A program made the position numbers and the translations under genes. Shown one piece after another: positions 10,245 to 21,600 of a stretch of 64,000 nucleotides of DNA. The notes beneath the pieces were generated by a model that ran no database searches, was not told the origin of the DNA, and saw only the letters and a program-made list of their open reading frames with translations. Numbering within the stretch: position 1 is the first letter of the stretch; every line of letters starts with the position of its first letter. Source of the stretch: Balanoglossus misakiensis (taxonomy: Eukaryota; Animalia; Hemichordata); NCBI GenBank assembly GCA_040954595.2, contig CM082582.2:4696303-4760302 (forward strand). Direction: 5' to 3'.

Positions 10245-11513
10245 ATGTCCGAACTTATCGACGTGGTTTATGGAGTTGACGGGAAAAACATCGGAGAGGT
10301 ATTCCACATTCCGTACTTCTGGTTACCCAAGTTTATACCGGCATGGGATCGTTTGCTAGAACGAACAGGAGGTGGTCAAGAGGATGGCGATCGCCGGCGC
10401 CTCATTCTGAGATACCCCTTTCCAGACAAGGTGACGTCGAAAGATGTGGATGAAATTGTCAAGTTTGTCAGCGATTGTGTACATAACTATTCAACATTTT
10501 GTCGACCATCCGATGTTCCTTGGTCGAGGTTGACAGCTGTGCTCAGGCTGGTGGACCATTACAAGGTCACTCCATACCTCGACGCTTTGGTATCTTTTAT
10601 ACATAAAACCTCCATGAATGCGTACACATCCCAAACCACCCTACACATGTTAGAAGCCTATCATGACCTTGTGCATGACTTGACGGAAGATGTACTACCT
10701 GCAGCAATCGTCAGAGTGGAGATCGCCACTCAATGCGTGTTAAATGCCAATTCGTGGAATTACATTTGTTCATGTCAAAAATGTCCCGAACACCCGCGAC
10801 GCGACGAAGTCGCTTTGTTATTTTGTGGACACGAGAAACAGATTCACGCCTACTGGGAAAAGATGATGTCGTGCACTCTGACAAAGAATCTACGAAAGAG
10901 TAAATGGACCCTTGCCACTTTCGCGTGTATGGTCTCTGATGGTTGCCATGGAATAGCTACGCAATTACCGCAAAGTCCATCTTATTCTACTAATTTTCGT
11001 CTGCTCTTGCATTTGTGGTTGGCGAAAGGAGGTGAAGATGTACTTGCTGAACACGTTGCCCTTCTATCGTGCCTGTGTAGACAGGATGATCTTATGAGGC
11101 GTGCAGTCATTTTACAGGGCATGTTCAAGTACTCCGGAATGACCCAGATTGCCATCAGAGATTCTCTGAAACCTATAACATCACGGAGACGTACCATACA
11201 ACAGGTATGGGCGAGCGCCGCCGATGAAACATGCTATAATTGTTTGAATACACCGCAAGCGTCAAAATGGATTCATTGGAAAACATTTCCACGCGTGGCG
11301 TGTGATGTATGCGCAGAAGAGATGTGCCGGAAATGTTACGGTACGTGCGCATTGTGTGAACGAACTTTGTGTTTCGGATGCGCTACGTTTCTTACCAATG
11401 ATAGAAGAATTGAATGGCTGATGACTAATGTGAGTAGGCGAGCAATACACGGTCATGGAGTATGTGTAGATTGTAGAGGCTTTCCGGGGAAGTTGGTACC
11501 CAACAAAAACTAA
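10245..11513 (+). CDS. BTB-like N-terminus plus Cys-rich C-terminus protein, paralogue A
   Basis: Likely ATG 10245 in the 448-aa ORF; VLRLVDHYKVTPYL resembles the BTB C-terminal helix; many CxxC pairs; same layout as 25192-26541. Confidence 0.6.
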   Translation: MSELIDVVYGVDGKNIGEVFHIPYFWLPKFIPAWDRLLERTGGGQEDGDRRRLILRYPFPDKVTSKDVDEIVKFVSDCVHNYSTFCRPSDVPWSRLTAVLRLVDHYKVTPYLDALVSFIHKTSMNAYTSQTTLHMLEAYHDLVHDLTEDVLPAAIVRVEIATQCVLNANSWNYICSCQKCPEHPRRDEVALLFCGHEKQIHAYWEKMMSCTLTKNLRKSKWTLATFACMVSDGCHGIATQLPQSPSYSTNFRLLLHLWLAKGGEDVLAEHVALLSCLCRQDDLMRRAVILQGMFKYSGMTQIAIRDSLKPITSRRRTIQQVWASAADETCYNCLNTPQASKWIHWKTFPRVACDVCAEEMCRKCYGTCALCERTLCFGCATFLTNDRRIEWLMTNVSRRAIHGHGVCVDCRGFPGKLVPNKN

Positions 11514-11881
11514 CAAGACTGTCAGGAATTGTACATGGCACGCAGTAAATGAAATATTCGCGATAGAAAGAACAATAGCAATAAGAAGAAGAATTACAAC
11601 AAAGTGTCGTGTCCCTAAAATAACGGAACTGTTCAACATTGATGAAGATATGAGGTCGTTACCGCAACTTAAAGATGGCAGAACTATAACAATTGCCATA
11701 ATAGTTCTTTTTTTTTATTTCTTGGGTGTGTCATAACATAGGTTCTACAAAATATACGGACTCTCCTTTCAATACATGCATCGTCCAATCAGGTAAATAA
11801 ACAAACAACCCATAAATGTATGGATGTCTGCGATACTGTGTACATAATTTAACATAAATAAATAAATACATATCCGTATAA

Positions 11882-14800
11882 ATGCCCACTTGTCTGTGTC
11901 CATCTTCGTATTTATATTGCAATTTTATCACGGGTCAGAGCCTTATAACGTTAAACCTGGTCATGAATGTAGGAAGGCGGCGTGTTTACCTGTTAAAACT
12001 AGAAGTCAAAGGGAGAGGAGTCAACGCATCCGACCTCTGTACCATCTTCGGCAAACTTCCCAATGGGCGTAGTATCGCGTTGGACATACTCGACCCAGTA
12101 TATAGGATTTATTTGAATCCCATCAACGAGGTTAGGGACGAGGAAGAAGTGTGCGCCCTCATTCATCAGTATACCAGCACGTTTTCCAATAACTTCAGCG
12201 TTGGTAAAACGTCAAAGGTAATCGGCAATGGTTACGCGGGGGATTCTCGACTGCCATTTTGGTACGTCGAGTCGTCGGAAAATGCGGTTGTTAAACAGGT
12301 GCAAAAAAATCTACCACGCTCCATTTTCAATTTTTTTATGGACGGCTGTGGAAAGGCCTATTTGGACGTAGCGGCCAATATGAACATCGGGGGTGTTGGT
12401 TGGCACTGGATTAAGTCGTCAAGATACGTAACGGGATGCAAATGCCATTCGTGGTATGGCAAAGAACATGATCATGCCACTGTGAGTGATACCCACTCCA
12501 TTGAGCCCCAACGAGAAGGCGAAAGTAGTCCACCACCACCCATTAACATTCTTCAACTGAAAGTTCATTGCTATCCAGACGGTGTAATCGCATTTATTAC
12601 CTGTTCGTTGTTACGATGGGCAAAAGATTTGACTTGTCTGTTTAATAATACATTCCGTAATTGTACCGTTGTGAAGTTTAGAACCACGATGTATGGTGGT
12701 GATATCTCAAATGTAGTAAATTGCAGGGATGAAGGTAATGTGTTACGCGCATTCACCAAAATCATCACTACCTGTGACTATGACTTTTTATGTGGATATT
12801 TTTTGGAAAAGGAACAGTTAAGAGTGTTAAAGGAGAGAAGTTGTCTTCACGGGCTCAACTTGATAAACCCTTTATTAATCAGGGATATTCGCCACACGCC
12901 TTTCATCAACAGGTGGGATAATGACCCACGCGGTATTGGCTTGATCGACATATGTACTGACAAACACGCGGATGGTCCGGACGCCTACAAATACATCAAA
13001 GACACTGTATTTAACAAAGGCTTCCTGAACACATACTTATCAACTTGCGAAGCGGCTACTATATTCTGTAGCCGACTAACTCACAAGAAGTCAAATGTAG
13101 ATATTATACAGGTACCATACATGGATTTTTTTGAGTCAGCTATGACTCGTAAGGCTAAACAACTTGGGTACGTCTTTGCATGCAGGGAAATCGGAGGAAG
13201 CAATGCGACGACGAGTCATTCTGAATATGAGATTGAAGCAGATCGAGGTCAAGGTTGTCAAGGCGGTTTGTTTCTCACGCCGGTTCAAGGGTTACACGTG
13301 GGCAATGCAGAATTGAGAGATTTTAAAAGCATGTACGGTTCCATAATAGTTGCATTTAACATCGACATCACCACTAGTTTGCAAGAATCACGCGCGGGTT
13401 TATTAAATGATGTAATTGAGATACCAGGTGGCTACAACTTTGTTAGCCCAAATGTTCGGCAGGGGTTACTACCGTCTATAGTTTCAAATCTTGTCGCGCA
13501 ACGGGAACACTTCCAGAAAATTGCCCAGAGCAACAACGAAAACGGGAGTTGGTACGAAATGCAACAAATGGCACGGAAACAATTGATTGTGGGAGCTTAC
13601 GGAGTCAATTTACGTCAGAGTATATTCACAAGCCCGTGTGTGGCTAAGGCCATTACATCCACTGGTAGATTCCTCTTTGAACGGATGAGAGTAACAGCCG
13701 CGTCATTCACCCACCCACATTTATTGACGACACCCAGTGTCCTATTTGGAAATGCAGATTCTCTGATGACCAGTTTCCTGCCAGCACGTGAATTGTCTAA
13801 CGTCGAATGGACCGAAGTTTTCATGGATATTGGACAGTGTTTCCACGACGACATTCGTAAAGTAGTTCAAACCATGGGCGCGAATATAGATGCGCGTTTA
13901 TTGCGGTTTGAGTCGAAAGGGCATGCAAAAATAGTAATGTGTACGAGTCGCAAACAACAGTATGTGATGTGCATTAGGTCAACTTCCAAAAAAGGATGTT
14001 GTTTAGTTGTCAAAGGGTTTGTATCGAACTCTACAAACTGCCATCCCTTGGTGAGAAACGTGGAAAGATGTATGCTGTCGCTCCTGTTTGAAGGTCATGT
14101 ATTGCTTAGGTCTGTAGAATCTGGGCAACTGTCAACACTTCACCCAAGTGAATTGTCCACACGCTCGCAACTGATATATGAAGCGTACGTAGCATCATCT
14201 GGGGTGTGGGTGAAGGTTGGAGATGCTATAAACCAAGATACTGGTGTTAAGAACTCCTTTCGTTTGCGAGATAATTTAGGCAGAGAATTGTGCGAACGCC
14301 TTTTTGACGAGGACGGCATTCCGATACTCACCACTGACAGACTCAGAGAAATAAGGTCTGAAGTGGAGACGGTTGTGTTGTACACGTTAAACAGAGTCAT
14401 AATGTTGCAAGAAGACACGCACCTGTTGATAAAACATTTGCCACCGAATGCTAACCCTGGTGCAAGGTCGACGTTGGAAAAACAATACATGCAATTTCAC
14501 GGGAGATTGCCTTGTGATATATTATATGTGAATACCAAAGAAGATGGACCAATGCACCCTCTTTTGGCTGTCTTCCAACAGAAAACACTAGAGACAGATG
14601 ACACAATTGCATCGATAAAAAAGACCTTTATTGAGGGGGGTGACGAAGGTGGTCCGTATTCCATTATGAATGTTATGAGGCCCAACGTCAAGACATTACA
14701 CGGAGTATTGTGCATGGAAACAGAATCAACTGTGCAAAATCAGTTAAGAGTACAAAGACAGTTTCGGAAACGATTCGATTCTGTCCTCGCTATGTCCTCT

Positions 14801-15166
14801 AAGAAAGTCGAACACCCCGTGTGCAATAATGAAGAGGAATATGTGATGACAAAATTGTTGAATTTTACCAACTGTCCAGATTGTAAAGTTATCACTGTAG
14901 ATCGAGCTAATCGCGACTACAACTACACCGACATGTTCGGAACTGATGCGATAATCCGGAAGCATAATTTGGTTTTATTCAATGTATGCAAACAAAGTTC
15001 GCGTGTGTATTTCATATCCAATTGTAAGGATGTCCAGTGTGTAGGCGTATACAAATTTGCCACCTTGGTGAATCAATTGAAAATACTAACTGCACTTAAA
15101 AACAAGGAAGCAATGGTAAACAAAGTGTCAACTGTTTTGACTGAACGTCTCACGAAATCACAATGA
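11882..15166 (+). CDS. polB: Family B DNA polymerase, delta-like, with divergent catalytic and exonuclease motifs (alternative ATG 11963)
   Basis: Motif A RDFKSMYGSIIVAFNIDITT, motif B QMARKQLIVGAYG, motif C LFGNADSLM, VKGF, C-terminal Cys cluster CPDC...CKDVQC; AATAAA 15258-15263. Confidence 0.88.
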   Translation: MPTCLCPSSYLYCNFITGQSLITLNLVMNVGRRRVYLLKLEVKGRGVNASDLCTIFGKLPNGRSIALDILDPVYRIYLNPINEVRDEEEVCALIHQYTSTFSNNFSVGKTSKVIGNGYAGDSRLPFWYVESSENAVVKQVQKNLPRSIFNFFMDGCGKAYLDVAANMNIGGVGWHWIKSSRYVTGCKCHSWYGKEHDHATVSDTHSIEPQREGESSPPPPINILQLKVHCYPDGVIAFITCSLLRWAKDLTCLFNNTFRNCTVVKFRTTMYGGDISNVVNCRDEGNVLRAFTKIITTCDYDFLCGYFLEKEQLRVLKERSCLHGLNLINPLLIRDIRHTPFINRWDNDPRGIGLIDICTDKHADGPDAYKYIKDTVFNKGFLNTYLSTCEAATIFCSRLTHKKSNVDIIQVPYMDFFESAMTRKAKQLGYVFACREIGGSNATTSHSEYEIEADRGQGCQGGLFLTPVQGLHVGNAELRDFKSMYGSIIVAFNIDITTSLQESRAGLLNDVIEIPGGYNFVSPNVRQGLLPSIVSNLVAQREHFQKIAQSNNENGSWYEMQQMARKQLIVGAYGVNLRQSIFTSPCVAKAITSTGRFLFERMRVTAASFTHPHLLTTPSVLFGNADSLMTSFLPARELSNVEWTEVFMDIGQCFHDDIRKVVQTMGANIDARLLRFESKGHAKIVMCTSRKQQYVMCIRSTSKKGCCLVVKGFVSNSTNCHPLVRNVERCMLSLLFEGHVLLRSVESGQLSTLHPSELSTRSQLIYEAYVASSGVWVKVGDAINQDTGVKNSFRLRDNLGRELCERLFDEDGIPILTTDRLREIRSEVETVVLYTLNRVIMLQEDTHLLIKHLPPNANPGARSTLEKQYMQFHGRLPCDILYVNTKEDGPMHPLLAVFQQKTLETDDTIASIKKTFIEGGDEGGPYSIMNVMRPNVKTLHGVLCMETESTVQNQLRVQRQFRKRFDSVLAMSSKKVEHPVCNNEEEYVMTKLLNFTNCPDCKVITVDRANRDYNYTDMFGTDAIIRKHNLVLFNVCKQSSRVYFISNCKDVQCVGVYKFATLVNQLKILTALKNKEAMVNKVSTVLTERLTKSQ

Positions 15167-15673
15167 GTGTCATACAATGGATGAGAAGGGTCGTGATAAT
15201 ACTACTAATAATAATATATATATGCAGTCGCTTTAATTGGTATGTTGGTTTTCGTATAATAAAGTGTATTGCAAATAGAACAGTCCAGAATAGTCTTCTG
15301 CGAGTGTAAATTAGCATACACATAATACCATATTAGCTGTCTAATGGCGTGGTTTCATTGTCAGAACAAAGAATATACAATAAACAATATATCCCTAGAA
15401 ACATCGTATTTTTAACTCGCATTTAATATCAAGTAACATTTTCAACAGATAATGTGTACATTGTGTTGTGTATTTCAAATGTTTTGTTTTATTTCGGGAG
15501 GTGTCGATGTTTAGAGTGTTCCTACAGAGAAACACTTGCATATAAAAATAGAGACTCAATATACTACATACAAAACACCACAGCCTATTTGTTATCCTAT
15601 ATCGTCTTCTTCGGTTGACTTTTGACGTAGACAAATCTGCGATATGTTTTTTTTTCCATACTCGCCCCTCTTA

Positions 15674-18600
15674 TCACTTGACTGTTATCTGGTTTAGATT
15701 TTGGTCAAAGTTGTGACTCAACATAGATTTGACATATGGAACGAGAGTGGTCAAATTTCTTTTGCTTTTGGTGACAACGATGTACTTAGCACTCCCTTTA
15801 GTGAAGTCTATCAGATGCTCATTCGTTGACACAAAACAGAGCGGGATCATTGCATCGTGCCGGTCTACAAATTTTACATTTCGAGTTTTACCCAGTAAAA
15901 GTATCAATCTGAACATAGTGGGTGTGGATGTGTTAGGGTCATGCGGAATCACAACTGGATAAAACGTTGCGACTTTAGTAGTCGCATGCCCCCTACACAT
16001 TGCAGCCACTCGACTGAATTTGTTTAGTTCGCTGTCTCGGTGTCCGTTGTCATCGCGGTAGCACATAAACTGCCTCGCCTCTTCTAACATGACCGAGAAT
16101 GATGGTTGTGGGTCGAAAAAGTCTGTCATGATGTTCTTGAATAAACTGTCTGTGTAAGAAGGGAGTCGTCTGTAAGCGGACGACACAAACGAGACGAAAG
16201 GACGTCCGTTTATCGCTAAGTCTACATAGTTATCCCTACATGGCGCGTCGATCGTAACCCCGTTGCTGCGTAGCCGATGCGCTTCTTTCAATGCGTCCCT
16301 TTGTGTCTGTAAATACCGCACTATATCCTGGCTCTCCCTTAACTGGCGAGATAAATCGCGCACTGTAGCCTCGTGTTTATCGCAGCCGTCATGCGCCTTC
16401 TTTAGTCTGTCAATTTCAGCAGCTCTCTCGGCAGACAACTGTCGAATCGCTTTATTTTCCTTTCTCAGTGAGTTTACCAATGATTCCAAATCATGTTCGG
16501 ATGAAACTTCCAAACATACTGTCTGCTCTATATTGGAGGTTTGGGATCCGGAAGGATCAATCCTACTCGCTTGACTGTCAATCGCACGAACACCCAGTAT
16601 TCCTTTGGCATTTTCTAGTTCTCGTAGGCTTTTGTCACGGGTTTCAATAATCTTTTGTTGTTCTCTGATCTCGTTTTCAAAATGTCTCCTTAATTCGGCG
16701 ATCTGAGATGTATGACTTTTTTCCATCACTTTAACTTTATTTTCTAGTAGCCGTTTATCGCTTGCAATTTCCTGCATGCGCCTGTCCCGTGCGATATAAT
16801 ATTCCGGGGACCCTGCCTGAGATTGACTATCCGACAAGTCACTATCTTGACCCTGCCCAATCCGGCTTTCGTCTCTAAAGGCCCGTGTATTTAAACTGTC
16901 CCTTTGTTCAGCTTGGATAAAGGAAGTTTCCAGCGAGTGTAATTTCGTTCGAAATTCACTATTTTCATCATTCAGGTCATTCGCCTTTCGTTTCCAGTCA
17001 TTAAGATCGCCGATCGCATCGTCTAGCCTTAACTGAATTTCATTTAATTTTTGTTCAAATTCCCTTTGCTGCATAATTTTGTCTTCATTATTTCGTGCGA
17101 CTAGTTCGACTTGCTCAAGCAGCTTGTTGCGCAAGGCTTCGTTCTCCGATACGAGGCCAGCGTTCTCTTTTTGTTGTAACTCGTTTGACTTGACCGTGGA
17201 TGTTATTTCAGTATTCTTGTCGCCAAGTTCTCGAGATATTTGTATATTTTCCTGACGGAGATTACGAAATCGACTATTTGTATCATCAAACTGACGTCTT
17301 AGTGACTCCAAGTCCATACGGAGCTGTCGATTGTTTGTCTCCGTCTGTCGATGTTGTTTGCTAAGTGCGTCTACATGTTCGTTTGCTACCACGACTTTGT
17401 CTTCCAGTTGGTCACGATCACGCTGGTACATATCACGCTCGATTCGCAGTTGGGCTATCTGTTTGTACGTGATGTCTGCTGTACTCTCCGCCTTCGCTTT
17501 CATATCCTGATTGTCTGACTTCAAGGTCTCAATTTCCTCCCTCAAATCGTCAACTTCTGCATTTGCTTCATCTAGTTGTTGTTTTAAGGCATTTCTGGTG
17601 TCCACAGACTGCCGAACTTTCATTTCTAAAGTATCAATCTCTCTCCTGGTTTTGGACTCTTTCTCTTTAAACTCTCTCAAACTTTTGTTGTCACTTAATG
17701 ATTGTGAATTCAGTTCCTGTAACTTCTCTCGCTGTCGTTGATTATTCTGTTCTGATACGGCCTTTTCGTGAACGAATCGCTCAATTTTCTTGTTCAAGTA
17801 GTCGTTTTCTTCTCGTATTGCGTTTTCCTGTTCGGTTCTTTTTGAGATTTCAGCGCGCATTTGATTATACTCCATTACCTTTTCATGTAGCTCAGCCTTT
17901 AAACGCTTTGCTTCACCCATGTAACGATTAGTCTCTCCATCAATCGACCCTGACTGTTTCCCTCTACCATTCGATTGCAGTTGTTCATTCTCGACCGATA
18001 GCTGGTAAATTTTCGCCTGAGCGTTTTTGTTACTGACAAAGACCTCTGTCCGTAATTTACTACAGTCGATATTCAACCGGGTAACCTGGGCTTGTAACTT
18101 CTCTTCCGCTTCTTTTTGTTTGGAATTTGTTTCATTAGCATGTTGTAGACTGAGGCGAACATCCTCTAACTCGGTCTCAAATTTACGAATGTCTGACTGT
18201 CGTTCTTCTAATAAATTTTCTCTGATTTCCAATTTATGCTCTAAAGAGTCAACGACCGATCGCGTGTCCGTTAACTCCGTTTGTAACCTCTCATTGTCTT
18301 GTTTGAGGTTGGAACGTGTAGTATCATGTTGGACCTTTTGCGCATTAAGATCCCCTTGTAATTGGTTCTTTTCAGAGACCAATGCGGACAACTTAGTTTC
18401 TAGGCGCCTAATTTGGTGATTCAATTGTTCATTTGCGGCTTGTTCCTTGTGTAGAAGCTCCTTGGTAAATGCATTCTCACTAGACACACGCTTTACGTGT
18501 TGAGAAGTGTCTGTGAGATCACTGTCGATGGTATTCATTTTGGACGTGGCCGTCGCAAGTTGATCCTTCAGCGCATCAATCTCCTTCAACGCATCTGAAA

Positions 18601-21600
18601 GTTTCTGTTGGGTCTCCTCATGTTTATCGTGTCTTGTTGACAGACTGGTGTTTTGCTCAGAAACAAGTCGTTCAAATTCTCTTGTCCGTTCCAACAGTTG
18701 TCCGTTGGTCTCAATCAATTTCCTTCTGTCTTCATTCAGATCCACGATATCGCGCTCGAGGTTTCGAATCAAATTAAAACTTTCATCATTGGAGCGTTCT
18801 ATATCATCTTGCAATTTCTGTTTTATCGCCTCAATGTTGTCTAATGACTTTCTCATACTTTCAAGCTCGCGCTGTTTCGCTCTGTTTTCTTCTTGAGTAC
18901 GTACAATGCGTTTGGTCAACTCGCCATTTTCGTTTTCTGCAATTTCTAATTTTTGTTTGGCCATTTCCATAGCATATAGTGACTGTTTAATAGAGTCAAG
19001 CTCGCGCTGTTTCGCTCTGTTTTCTTCTTGGGTACTTACATTGCGTTTGGTCAACTCGCCATTTTCGTTTTCCGCAATTTCTAATTTTTGTTTGGCAATT
19101 TCCATAGCATATAGTGACTGTTTCATAGAGTCAACTTCTCGCTGTTTCGCCTCAACTAACGAATTTTGTTCTGTTTGTATACGTTCGATGTCCCGACTCA
19201 ACGTGTCTTTTTCGTTCTCTACAACCACCAGTTCCCTTTTTGCCGCCTCTACAGTTTCTAGTGACTGTTTCGCACTTTCGACCGCTCGCTGTTTCGCCAA
19301 AACTAAAGTTTTGTTTTCTGCTTGGATACGTCCAATCTCTTCCACCAATTTGGCTGCCTCATTCTCTGCACATACTAATTTCCCTTTCATATCCTGCATG
19401 TTACGCTTATCCGCTGTGATTAGTGCCTCGTTGTCCGCTTTAAGATGCTCAATGTCATTTTCTAAATTTTCTATACGCGCCAACAATGATTTTATTTTTT
19501 GTTTGGCGTCAGTTTGACTCGTTTGTTCAGTTTGACCGTCGTTGACCCCCTCCGATACACGAAGAGTTCTGCAATTTTCTTCAGATAGTTCCCCATTTAC
19601 AGAAAGCCTACTGCCACTCTCTCGAGGTCGCGGCAATCTTATTGGTTCATAATAATCAGTAAGAGATTTCAAGTCATCCTCCAGTGTATCAGTTTCAGTA
19701 CCGGATACAAGGGGTATGTCAAATATAGGATCCTCACCAACACTGGCGTTGCTGTTCGACGTATAGTGTATCAGTGACGGGGACATTGTTTGTGGTTTTG
19801 GAGTATGTAAGGTGTCGGGTGTATCGAATGGAATCTCAACAAGCGAAGGCCGGGACTGTTTAGGCGACGCATGTCTTGGAGGATGTAAGGTGTCGGGTGT
19901 ATCGACTGGAATCTCAACAAGCGAAGGCCGGGACTGTTTAGGCGACGCATGTCTTGGAGGATGTAAGGTGTCGGGTGTATCGACTGGCCTCTGAACAAGC
20001 GAAGACCGGGACTGTTTAGGCGACGAGTACAAGTCGTCGAGGCCACTCGACGTATCTTGAGGACAGACTGTCTGTAACAGTGAAGTAATGGTATCATCGA
20101 AAGGCGCGGTAGTTGAGGGCGCCGTTCGTGGTTTAGGGACAGGTAATGCCACCAGCGAGTCTGATGCAGGAGACGAAGTAGGCAACGATGATAGGTCTCT
20201 ATGCTTAGTAACCTTCGAATCTTCTCGCGAGTCCAATGGAAGAGTGGTGCGTGTTTCTTCGGGGATGGTAATCTGCAAGGGTGTGGACGCTGATACCGGT
20301 GGGAATACGACGCCGTCAGTTGTGGAGGTGTCGACAAGAGAGGAAAACTGCTCCCAATTGTCAATTTTCTCAAGGGGATGGTCGCCAGGGGTTTGCGCAT
20401 TAGACGAAGATGTCGATTTGCGTGAGAGTGCGTCAGAACCATTTCCGTCCACTCGTGTTGGAACATTTTGTACTAATTCACTAACGTCTTCGCTGTGGAT
20501 CAATTCCTGTAAACCGGAATATCCGCCACTGTCTGCTTGATTTACATCTGATATAGCGGACGCCGTGTCTGAAGTATGTGTCATTTGTTCATCAGTGTCA
20601 ACTACACGTATCGGGTCACTTGACTGGTCGTCGTATTGTTCTGTCAGTTCTGATAGGGATGCCTGGCAAATTTCCCCGGCTGGTTCAACATTTACAATGT
20701 TTTCAGGATGATACTCATATTCGTCTCTGTATCTGTCCAAAGTATTGTCAGTCACTCTGTCGTCGAACCCTCGAGGTGAAGGGTCCGTTTCAAGCACATT
20801 CTCGTATTGACTATTTGAAAAGTCAACGTATCTTTGGTCATTGTCTGACAGAATGCCCGCATTGGCGCGTCCTGTCTTATATCTTCTATCCTCCGTAAAC
20901 CTCGTGTCGCACAAAGCACCATATACAATGGCGACAAGATTACCCTCAGTGTGTCCACATTTTAGAGTCCCCTGTATATTATTACCAAAGAGTGTTGGTA
21001 AGTCATCTGTAGCATTATCTGCCAATAATTCTCTTAGGGCAGTTTGTTCTAAAGTACCACTTAAGACGTTATGTACATCTTTTTCGATTCGTATGAAACG
21101 TGCAAGACTCCTAAATAATTGATTAAAATTTATGTCCATGGACGTTTCTTTGTACTGAGCAAAAGTTGAATTAAGTGCCCGTGCAGCAGAATGCATGGCT
21201 ACTCTCAATTGTTCAAACAATGGAATATTTATTGAGTCTGGTGTACCGAAACACTCTGGAAAGGTCGATAGGAAGTGCGGCTTTGTCTGGTGATCGTCGA
21301 ATAAACCATTTATCAGGTCGAGCAGCTCGTTTCTATTCGTATGACTGTCGCTGGCAAGGTCCAAGATCGTTTCACAATTGGCGCACAAGTGACTCCACAG
21401 ATATGGATATAAAGACAACACGCCCCAGACATTTGGAATTTCAGATAAGATTAATTGGAGTGTATGTTTTGACAGAATTATGTAAAACGTTGGCATTTGA
21501 CTTTTGACATCCTGTTCGATATATTTAAAAAAATGATACATCGTACCCCTCTCATATTTCAAAAGCACACTGCACACATTCTCCAACCTATCCAAATCAA

